From: Nannocystaceae bacterium ST9 | GTDB taxonomy: Bacteria; Myxococcota_A; Polyangia; Nannocystales; Nannocystaceae | Assembly: GCA_048320885.1 (NCBI GenBank) | Contig: JBLWFJ010000001.1 | Coordinates: forward strand, 5,889,697 to 5,953,696 | Length of the DNA: 64,000 bases | Reading direction: 5' to 3' | Shown here: one piece after another, positions 20,457-27,610 of the stretch | Position numbering within the stretch: position 1 is the stretch's first letter | Layout of the letters: every line of letters begins with the position of its first letter | Notes under the pieces: model-generated | What the model saw: only the letters and a program-made list of their open reading frames with translations | What the model was told of the DNA's origin: nothing | Database searches by the model: none | Program-made: the position numbers and the translations under genes

Positions 20457-21353
20457 ATGTGGGCCGGCTTCCTGCTCGCGGCGCTGCTCGTCAACGGCTG
20501 GACGCTGGTCGAGGCCGGCGACGCCCTCGGCCACGCGCTCGAGCAGGACGTCGAGGACGAAGAAGAAGAGGTCACGCCGTTCGAGATGGTCGAGCCCGAC
20601 CAACCCGATCATCCCGATCATCTCGTCGCGCAGCAGCAATTCGACGAGCGCACGCCCGACGACGCGAGCAGGATCGCCGAGTCCGACTCCGACCCCGATA
20701 GCGAGACCAAGGCGCGCAACCAACCCGAGCGGCCTGGCGCCCAGCCCCAGCGCGAGGGCCAGCAGAGCGAGGGACAGCCGCAGCCCGACGCCCAGCCGCA
20801 GCCGCGAGCGCCGGTCGAGGGCGAGGCTGGCGAGGCGAACGACATGCACGAGGCGCCCGACGGTCAGCAGGCCAAGTCCGGCAAGCCGATCGATCTCGGC
20901 GGCTCGACCGGCGCGCTGCGGGCCGCGTTCGGCACCCACGGCACGCACGACGATCTGCGCGACATCGACGAGGGCGAGACCAACGTCCTCAAGACCAAGC
21001 GCAATCTCTACGCCTCGTTCTTCAACCGCCTGCGCGACCGGGTCGCCGAGCACTGGGAGCCCGAGGACGCCAACAAGGCCGCCGACCCCAACCAGCGGAT
21101 CTACGGCACCACGGCCCGAACGACCGTGTTGTGGGTCCAGCTCGACGATCAGGGCAAGGTCGTCAAGATCGTGGTCAAGCAGGCGTGCGGCGCCGATCAC
21201 CTCGACGAAGAGGCCATCCGCGCACTGAAGGCCGCCTCGCCCTTTCCCAACCCTCCCGAGGGCCTCGCCGATTCATCGGGCTATATCGAATTCGACTTCG
21301 GGTTCACCCTCGACTTCGTCGAGGGCCCACGAATCTTCCGCTACCAGAGGTGA
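20457..21353 (+). CDS. TonB-family C-terminal domain protein
   Basis: N-terminal anchor MWAGFLLAALLV, acidic/Pro-Gln-rich linker, C-terminal TonB-like domain (...VVKQACGADHLDEEAIRALKAASPFPNPPEG...). Confidence 0.55.
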   Translation: MWAGFLLAALLVNGWTLVEAGDALGHALEQDVEDEEEEVTPFEMVEPDQPDHPDHLVAQQQFDERTPDDASRIAESDSDPDSETKARNQPERPGAQPQREGQQSEGQPQPDAQPQPRAPVEGEAGEANDMHEAPDGQQAKSGKPIDLGGSTGALRAAFGTHGTHDDLRDIDEGETNVLKTKRNLYASFFNRLRDRVAEHWEPEDANKAADPNQRIYGTTARTTVLWVQLDDQGKVVKIVVKQACGADHLDEEAIRALKAASPFPNPPEGLADSSGYIEFDFGFTLDFVEGPRIFRYQR

Positions 21354-21359
21354 TCACCG

Positions 21360-21656
21360 ATGGCCCCCGACAATCGAGCATTGAACAACGAGGAAATCGA
21401 CGCAGCCCTCGCCGAACTCGAGGGCTGGGCGCTCGCCGACGATCGCCTGTTCAAGCAATTTCGCTTCGCCGACTTCCCCCGGGCGATCGCGTTCATCACC
21501 GAGGCCGCGTTCGCGGCCCAGCAGCTCAATCATCATCCGAACTGGTCGAACGTCTACGATCGCGTCGACGTCGAGCTCTGGTCGCACGATCTGGGCGGGG
21601 TCACGGCGCTCTGCGTCGAGCTGGCCAAGGCGATGAACCGCGCGGCCTCGCGCTGA
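21360..21656 (+). CDS. Pterin-4-alpha-carbinolamine dehydratase (PCD/DCoH family)
   Basis: EGWALADDRLFKQFRFADF...HHPNWSNVYDRVDVELWSHDLGGVT is the classic PCD signature. Confidence 0.8.
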   Translation: MAPDNRALNNEEIDAALAELEGWALADDRLFKQFRFADFPRAIAFITEAAFAAQQLNHHPNWSNVYDRVDVELWSHDLGGVTALCVELAKAMNRAASR

Positions 21657-21662
21657 CGGGTC

Positions 21663-22769
21663 ATGGTCTACGCGCCTCGTTACGCGCTCTCGCTCGAGGT
21701 GCTGCGAGCCGCCGAGGCGATCGGTGCGGCGCGCTCGGTGGTCGGGCTCTTGCCGCTCCCGCTGGTTCAACAGCGCGAGCTGAGGCGGCGAACCCTCATT
21801 CGCGTCGCCCACCACAGCACGTGGATCGAGAATCGCACGCTCGCGCTCGAGGAAGCGGCGGCGATGATCGAATCGAAGACCTCGCTCGACCCCTCTCGAG
21901 CCAAAGACCGTGCGGGGCTCGAGGTGCGCAATTACTTCGAGGCGCTCGAGCTGATCGACGACAATCTCGACGTCGCGCCCGACGAGGCGTGGATGCGGCG
22001 GCTCCACGCCTGCATCATGCGAGGTGGCTCGCCGGGCCGGCGTCGCGAGCTCTCGGAGTACCGCGAGTCCAACGTACGAATCGGCAATTTCGTGTACATC
22101 CCGCCCGCGTGGGAGGATGTGCCGCGCTTGATGGCCGAACTCGCGACGTGGGCAATCACGGCGATCGACGTGCTGCCCGACTACGTGTTCGCGGCGATCC
22201 TCGCCTATCAATTCGTCACGATTCACCCCTTCGAAGACGGCAACGGGCGGACGTGTCGCGCGCTCGCGACTTGGGTGCTCCGTCGACGCTGCGATCCCAA
22301 GGGCTTGCTCAACGTCGAGGAATTCTACGTTCGCGACCTCGAGGGCTACTACGACTCGCTGCAGATGGGCCTGCACTTCAGCTACTACGATGCCAACGAG
22401 TTCGGTAGCCGCTCGGATCCCGATCTTTCGCCCTGGCTCGACTACTTCTGCGCACGCCTGGCCGAGGCGGCCGATCAGATGCGCGGCGAGATCGAGCGAG
22501 GCTTTCGTGATCGCCACCCCGAGATCTTGGTCGATCCACTCAGCGAGCTACCGGCCAACCTCCGCCGAGTGATCACTGCGCTCGACGATGTCGATCAGCC
22601 CTTCGGCGTCGGCGTGGTGTCGGCACGGCTTGGAGTCTCGGATCGGACGGCCCGCGACTGGATCAAGCGTTGGCGTGACGCAGGCTTCGTCGAGCCCACT
22701 CGTGCAGACGCCAAGCGGATCCACGGCGTCGTGCTGACCTCCCGATGGCGTGAACTCGGGCGTACGTAG
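21663..22769 (+). CDS. Fic family protein (AMPylase/NMP-transferase type), class II with N-terminal inhibitory motif
   Basis: Active-site HPFEDGNGRTCR (HxFx[DE]GNGR). N-terminal STWIEN matches the (S/T)xxxE(G/N) inhibitory helix motif. C-terminal winged-helix-like tail. Confidence 0.85.
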   Translation: MVYAPRYALSLEVLRAAEAIGAARSVVGLLPLPLVQQRELRRRTLIRVAHHSTWIENRTLALEEAAAMIESKTSLDPSRAKDRAGLEVRNYFEALELIDDNLDVAPDEAWMRRLHACIMRGGSPGRRRELSEYRESNVRIGNFVYIPPAWEDVPRLMAELATWAITAIDVLPDYVFAAILAYQFVTIHPFEDGNGRTCRALATWVLRRRCDPKGLLNVEEFYVRDLEGYYDSLQMGLHFSYYDANEFGSRSDPDLSPWLDYFCARLAEAADQMRGEIERGFRDRHPEILVDPLSELPANLRRVITALDDVDQPFGVGVVSARLGVSDRTARDWIKRWRDAGFVEPTRADAKRIHGVVLTSRWRELGRT

Positions 22770-22896
22770 CGGAGGCCGGCGGAGGCTGTAGCGGAAGTGG
22801 GATTCGTACGGCGCCCTGAAATCATCAATGATCTCAACCCGCGCAAGAAAATGCGCGGGAAAATAGCGGAAGTCGGCGGCCCAAAATAGCGACGGA

Positions 22897-23568
22897 TCAG
22901 CGGCGACGTCCGAGCCAGATCGCGTGGTCGCGGCCGCGGTCGCGACCGCGGTTGGCCACGCGCTCGACCGAGGCCTCGAACCCCGCCCGCCCGAGTCGCT
23001 TCGCGAACTCGCCGGCGTCCGAGTAGGACCACACCGCGTAGACGCCACCAGGCCGGAGCGCACGATGAGCCTCGCGCAGCCCGGCGAGCCCGTAGAGCGC
23101 GGCGTTGCCTGCGTGGGCGAGCGCGTCGGGGCCGTTGTCGACGTCGAGCAAGATGGCGTCCCAGCGCGCTCGGGCGTCGCGGATCAACAGCGCGACGTCA
23201 CCGACGTGCACGTGCACGCGGGGATCGGCCAAGGGGTTGCCGGCCAGCTCGGCGAGCGGGCCACGATTCCACTCGACGACCGCGGGCACCAGCTCGGCCA
23301 CGTCGATCGTCGCGTCGGCGGCCAGGCGCTCGACCGCGGGCGCGACCGAGAAGCCCATACCGAGCCCACCGATCAGCACGCGCACGCCCGAACGGGCCTC
23401 GAGCCCGCGACAGCCGAGCTCGGTCAGGGCTCGCGCGGAGGTGTCGTCGCGGCTCGACATCAAGTCCCAGCCGCCCACGCGGATCAGGAACTCGTGGCCG
23501 CGACGGCTGAGCGTGAGCGACTGGCCGTCGGGGGCCTCGGCCGTGGCGAGCTGCTGCCAGGGGAGCAC
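22897..23568 (-). CDS. Spermidine synthase-like class I SAM-dependent transferase
   Basis: VLIGGLGMGFS (G-rich SAM motif) and ...ILLDVDNGPD...GGVYAVW, typical of spermine/spermidine synthase-like proteins. Confidence 0.6.
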   Translation of the reverse strand: MLPWQQLATAEAPDGQSLTLSRRGHEFLIRVGGWDLMSSRDDTSARALTELGCRGLEARSGVRVLIGGLGMGFSVAPAVERLAADATIDVAELVPAVVEWNRGPLAELAGNPLADPRVHVHVGDVALLIRDARARWDAILLDVDNGPDALAHAGNAALYGLAGLREAHRALRPGGVYAVWSYSDAGEFAKRLGRAGFEASVERVANRGRDRGRDHAIWLGRRR

Positions 23569-23694
23569 CGCCCTCGTTTACTTCAATCGACACGCCAGCG
23601 CCACACGTGAGACGCTGCTCGGCGTGGCGCGCATCAGCTTCAACGCCAACAGGTACCCTGGGGGGCCCGCCGGCAAGGCGTTCGAGAAGTTCAT

Positions 23695-23974
23695 GGTCGG
23701 CCGCGGCACCCCGACACCCCTCGTGCTCGGATCGAAAGAAGGGTTGCGGTCCGTGACACGCTTGGATCGAGTCACGCTCGCGCTGGGCTTGGATCCGCAC
23801 GGCAAAGCACAGAACTTCGTCGTCGACTTCCACCGGGCGGTGGACGAGGGCGGGCACAGGCTGATGTTCGATTGCGACGTGCAATTCGACACCGGCGAAG
23901 AGTTCGTCTGCGCTGCTTGTACGTTCGGGAGCCTGACTACGATTCTGGTCGCCTCGTGCGACCCCAAGGGCTGA
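23695..23974 (+). CDS. Hypothetical small protein (weak call)
   Basis: Last 93 codons of ORF 23105..23974 (MVGRGTPTPLVLGSKEGLRS...CDPKG) have lower GC and non-R-rich composition. The upstream 600 nt of that ORF is antisense junk. Confidence 0.2.
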
Positions 23975-23988
23975 TCGCGTCGAAGTAG

Positions 23989-24071
23989 TCCGCAGGGCAG
24001 GAATCGAACCTGCTCGCGCCGAAGCGCCGTGGGGTTACAGGCCACTGCCCCGCCATGGGGTCATCCTGCGG
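23989..24071 (-). tRNA. Class II tRNA-Tyr (anticodon GTA), atypical
   Basis: Hand-folded as acceptor CCGCAGG/CCTGCGG, D-arm with G18G19, anticodon stem GTGGC/CCCAC, loop CTGTAAC, long variable arm GCGC-TTCG-GCGC, T-arm GCAGG-TTCGATT-CCTGC, discriminator A. Oddities: A at position 8, a C-C pair at 31-39, no encoded CCA. Confidence 0.5.
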
Positions 24072-24075
24072 AAAA

Positions 24076-24149
24076 TCGGGATGGCCGGATTCGAACCGAC
24101 GACCTCCTCACTCCCAGTGAGGCGCGCTCCCAGACTGCGCCACATCCCG
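24076..24149 (-). tRNA. tRNA-Pro (anticodon GGG)
   Basis: CGGGATGTGGCGCAGTCTGGGAGCGCGCCTCACTGGGAGTGAGGAGGTCGTCGGTTCGAATCCGGCCATCCCGA. Canonical cloverleaf, anticodon loop CTGGGAG. Confidence 0.9.
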
Positions 24150-24173
24150 AAACATCGAATTGTCGTGACAGGA

Positions 24174-24247
24174 TCGGGATGGCCGGATTCGAACCGACGA
24201 CCTCCTGTATCCGAAACAGGCGCGCTCCCAGACTGCGCCACATCCCG
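24174..24247 (-). tRNA. tRNA-Pro (anticodon CGG)
   Basis: Identical to the GGG copy except in the anticodon stem-loop (CCTGT-TTCGGAT-ACAGG). Confidence 0.9.
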
Positions 24248-24297
24248 ATTGAATCGTTGTATTGCCGGACAGACGAATGTCGCGAGACATGCGAATG

Positions 24298-24370
24298 TCG
24301 GGACGGCCGGGCTCGAACCGGCGACCTCCTGCTTCCAAGGCAGGCGCGCTACCCACTGCGCCACGTCCCG
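24298..24370 (-). tRNA. tRNA-Pro (anticodon TGG)
   Basis: CGGGACGTGGCGCAGTGGGTAGCGCGCCTGCCTTGGAAGCAGGAGGTCGCCGGTTCGAGCCCGGCCGTCCCGA. Confidence 0.9.
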
Positions 24371-24749
24371 GGCTTCGTGCATTCATGAATCGAATGGCAC
24401 GAGTCGACCGCGAATGGGACGGGTGCACGCATGCACGAACGTCGAATTCGAGGCCCGTCGTGGCGGATTTGCCCACGGGCACCGACCTGTCGGGTCGAAT
24501 GCCAGGGTCGCGCACCTCCCAGGGTGCGGCGAACGACGACGTCAATTGTGATGAGAGAGGGGGCTCAGCCCTCGGCAGGGCTCGGATAGGGCCGCGGAGC
24601 CACCCGGACACGCGGATAGGGCGAGCTCGACAGCATGTGCTGGAACTCGCGCTTGCCTGCGTGGATGTGGTTCGACGAGACGTTCATGACCCAGACTCCC
24701 GATGGAGTGCTCATGATTTACGGGGTGAATCGAGGTCTGTCAAGCATCG

Positions 24750-24785
24750 ATCGAAAAAAAACATCGTGCCATTCGATCGGCCGGG
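24750..24785 (-). terminator. Candidate intrinsic terminator after GAF-STAS gene (weak hairpin plus T8 run on minus strand)
   Basis: Immediately 3' of the minus-strand stop at 24786 is an A8 run on the plus strand (T8 on the coding strand), preceded by a short CGATCG...CGATG hairpin. Such a run is rare in this GC-rich DNA. Confidence 0.3.
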
Positions 24786-25778
24786 TCAGTGAAGAATCGC
24801 CGCGAGCGCGTCGGCCAAGGTGGCATGGGCGCTCACCTCGAGCGTGGCGTCGGCGAGCAGCGTGGCGAGTCGCGGGCGCACGCCGGTGATCCGACAGCGG
24901 GCGCCGAGCAGCGCCGCGGCGCGAACGAGTGATTGCAGGCGATCGAGCACGCCGAGATCGGTGGAATCGAAGCCGGTGAAGTCGAGGATGACGTTGCGAG
25001 CTCGTCGATCGCCGATGGCGTGCAGCAGGGTCTCGGTGACGTGGACCAGCGCGTCGTGATCGAGCTCGCCGATCAGCGGGACGACCAGGACGCTCGGACC
25101 GACCTGGAGGATCGGGGCGCTGAGCCGGCGAATCTGCTGGCGCTGGGATTGGATGGTCGCGAGTTGCTCGCGCAGCGCCTCGTTGACGCGGGCGAGCGCG
25201 CCGGCCTGCTGCTCGGCGAGTCGGCGATGGTGGAGGTGCTCGCGGGCGCCGAGGCTCTCGAGCACGTGGCTGGCGGTCTGCGAGAACCCGCGGGCGAGCG
25301 TGACGTGCCGCTGAGAGAAGAACGCGGGCTCGGGGTGGACGCCGAGCAGCAGGGCGGGCCGCTCGGCGGTCGAGAGCGGCACGCAGAGCGCCGAGCGAAT
25401 GTCGGGATCTTCGGCGAGCGTGGCGAGCTCGGGTGCACGACGGATGTCGTAGAGCCCGACGACTTGGCCCGCGAGCACGCGCTGGAGCAGCGGGCCGACC
25501 CGCCAGCGCAGCGCGGCGAGGGCAGGGAGGTCGGCGTGGGTGGCCACGAACGACTCGGGGTCGTCGACGTCGCGCACGAGCACCGCGGCGCTGCGGTAGC
25601 GCAGCAAGGGCTGCAGACCCGCGAGCAACAGCGCGTCGGTGGCCGCGAGGTCGGGCGCGTCGACGATGCAGCGAATGCCCGCGAGCGTTCCTTCGGCCTC
25701 CTCGCGGCGAGTGCGTTCGACCGCGAGCGCTTGCTCGAGCCGGCTGATCGACTCGCGCAGGATTTCGTCGGAGATCAT
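24786..25778 (-). CDS. GAF domain + STAS (anti-sigma-factor-antagonist-like) domain protein
   Basis: Real start MISDEILRES at complement of 25776..25778. GAF-like middle region; C-terminal STAS (...VLVVPLIGELDHDALVHVTETLL...NVILDFTGFDSTDLGVLDRL...). Confidence 0.7.
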   Translation of the reverse strand: MISDEILRESISRLEQALAVERTRREEAEGTLAGIRCIVDAPDLAATDALLLAGLQPLLRYRSAAVLVRDVDDPESFVATHADLPALAALRWRVGPLLQRVLAGQVVGLYDIRRAPELATLAEDPDIRSALCVPLSTAERPALLLGVHPEPAFFSQRHVTLARGFSQTASHVLESLGAREHLHHRRLAEQQAGALARVNEALREQLATIQSQRQQIRRLSAPILQVGPSVLVVPLIGELDHDALVHVTETLLHAIGDRRARNVILDFTGFDSTDLGVLDRLQSLVRAAALLGARCRITGVRPRLATLLADATLEVSAHATLADALAAILH

Positions 25779-26971
25779 GATTCGAGCGACTTGGCGAACA
25801 CCGTGACGGAGATCATCAGATTGCCGTGGCAGTTCTCGCCGCCGACGAAGCAGCCTTGTTCGCCGAAGGTGAAGCAGCCGAGGAAGGGCACGCCCTCGAG
25901 CGCGGTGGTCAAGCCGGCGACGACCTCGTCGAGGCCCTCGCGGACGCTCAGCATGCAGCCGGCGCAGAAGATCACCAGCGCGCCCGCGGTGTCGGCCGGG
26001 CGCAGCTCGGCGAGCGCGAGCGCGTCCGAGGCGACCCGACCCGCGCGCGTGCGCAGGGCTTCGCGGGTGCCGGTCATCAAGACCAGCTCGTCGCCTGCTT
26101 CGAAGTCGGCGAAGGTCCGCAGCCCGCCTTCGGGCGTGACCGACTCGGGATGCGCGAGCCGGTAGTAGGTCACGCCGGCCGCCTCGCCGACGCGACGGCC
26201 GAGCGGAAAGAGGGTGGTGCTGGCCAGCACGTTGCCGCCTGCGGGCAGGGCCGAACTGATCGCGCCGCCCGTCCAGGCGTCGTAGATCGCCGCGGCCGGC
26301 TCGCCGTCGATCGTGGCGATCGTTCGCCCGTTCGCCCGGGTGACGCGTCCACGCGTGGGCGTCGGCGCGTAGCCGCTCTGAAACGCCGAGTGGATCGGCG
26401 TCGAGGGATAGAGCGCCGTGACGATCACCGCGTGGGCCGAGCTGGCCTCGCGCGTGAGCAGGTACCACTGGCCCGCGACCGCGTCGTCGGCCGCGCTGCC
26501 TCCCACGATCGGGACGCCGCGGCCGACCATCGCCTCGATGCCGGCGATGCACGCCTCTTCGTGGCCAGGCGCGGCCGTCAGCCAGATCAACGCCGGCATC
26601 TCGCCTTGTCGGCCGGCCGCGTCGATCGCCTGCTGGAGCGCCGCGCCGGCCTCGGCTCGCGGATCGTCGGCGAGCGTCGCCATGCCGACGCCGAAGCTGC
26701 CCTCGCCGTCGCGCACACCGAAGAGCCCGAGCCCGCCCTGCGTGTCGACGCCCGCCTGCGTCATCACGCCCAGGCACGAGCTCGCCGCATGGATGACCGG
26801 CGCCCCGGTGTCGACGAGCGCTCGTCGGAGTCGCTCGGGCTCGTGCCGGACGGCGCTCTGGACCAGCAGCCAATCGGGTGGACCGCCGAGTCGGTCGACG
26901 AGCTCGGCGTAGGCCGTGGCGATCGCCCGCGTGGTGTCGGCATCGTGACCATGCGAGGTTGCGATCCGCAT
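25775..26971 (-). CDS. FIST domain sensory protein
   Basis: 398 aa with FIST-N/FIST-C-like layout. Its stop overlaps the downstream GAF-STAS start (ATGA), so the pair forms a two-gene operon. Confidence 0.7.
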   Translation of the reverse strand: MRIATSHGHDADTTRAIATAYAELVDRLGGPPDWLLVQSAVRHEPERLRRALVDTGAPVIHAASSCLGVMTQAGVDTQGGLGLFGVRDGEGSFGVGMATLADDPRAEAGAALQQAIDAAGRQGEMPALIWLTAAPGHEEACIAGIEAMVGRGVPIVGGSAADDAVAGQWYLLTREASSAHAVIVTALYPSTPIHSAFQSGYAPTPTRGRVTRANGRTIATIDGEPAAAIYDAWTGGAISSALPAGGNVLASTTLFPLGRRVGEAAGVTYYRLAHPESVTPEGGLRTFADFEAGDELVLMTGTREALRTRAGRVASDALALAELRPADTAGALVIFCAGCMLSVREGLDEVVAGLTTALEGVPFLGCFTFGEQGCFVGGENCHGNLMISVTVFAKSLES

Positions 26972-27055
26972 TGCATCGACACTAGCAAGGATGCACGCGC
27001 GATCGTGATGAACGAGCCGAACGGAGTTCGGGCGATCCAGCGCGGCGTCGGTCGA

Positions 27056-27598
27056 TCAATCGGTCAGCGGAATCGCGGCTTCGATTCGATACTTGGGCCC
27101 GCCGCGGCCGAGCACGCTCGAATAGAGCTGGACGTGGTCGACCCGCCAGCTCGCGCTCGAATAGAAGGCATGCCGAACGACCCAGCTCGCAATGTCTGCG
27201 TCGTGTGAAGGGCGGTCGAACCGCGCGAGCGTGACATGAGGGGCATATTTGCGCTGCTCGCGATCGATACCCACGCGATCGATGATCTTGCCGCTGCGTT
27301 CGTGCAGCAGGCGGATCGGATCGGGGTCGTGCACGCCGATCCACAGTACGCGGGTCGGGCCACGCGGCGGGAACACGCCCGCGCCTCGCAGCTGCATTTC
27401 GAAGCTCGGCGCGTCGAGTTCGGCCAGCGCCGCGATCAGCCGCCGCATGTCGCCGCCGTCGACCTCGCCGAGGAAGTGCAGGGTCAGGTGCAGTTGCTCG
27501 GGCGTCTGCCAGCGCGCGCCCGGGATCCCGCCGATCGTCAGCTGGAGGTCGGAGTCGACCTCGTCGGGGAGATCCAGGCCGAGGAAGAGCCGAGCCAC
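27056..27598 (-). CDS. thpR: RNA 2',3'-cyclic phosphodiesterase (2H phosphoesterase, ThpR/LigT-like)
   Basis: Two H-x-T-x motifs: HLTLHFLG and HVTLARF. Confidence 0.8.
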   Translation of the reverse strand: MARLFLGLDLPDEVDSDLQLTIGGIPGARWQTPEQLHLTLHFLGEVDGGDMRRLIAALAELDAPSFEMQLRGAGVFPPRGPTRVLWIGVHDPDPIRLLHERSGKIIDRVGIDREQRKYAPHVTLARFDRPSHDADIASWVVRHAFYSSASWRVDHVQLYSSVLGRGGPKYRIEAAIPLTD

Positions 27599-27610
27599 GC
27601 GAGCTCGAGC

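Noticed and set aside
23989-24071. Possibility that the class-II tRNA is tRNA-Sec (would fit with the selenoprotein)
   Set aside because: Anticodon loop reads CTGTAAC (GTA = Tyr), not TCA. Acceptor is 7 bp with a 5-bp T stem, not the 8+5 Sec architecture.
24035-24611. ORFs 24035..24382(-), 24081..24551(+), 24108..24611(-) overlapping the tRNA array
   Set aside because: They overlap four tRNA genes. tRNA cloverleaves explain the sequence, and these ORFs have no protein-like composition.
24563-24712. 49-codon minus-strand ORF (MSTPSGVWVMNVSS...) in the tRNA-upstream spacer
   Set aside because: Too short and no ribosome-binding context. The region is more plausibly promoter and terminator DNA.
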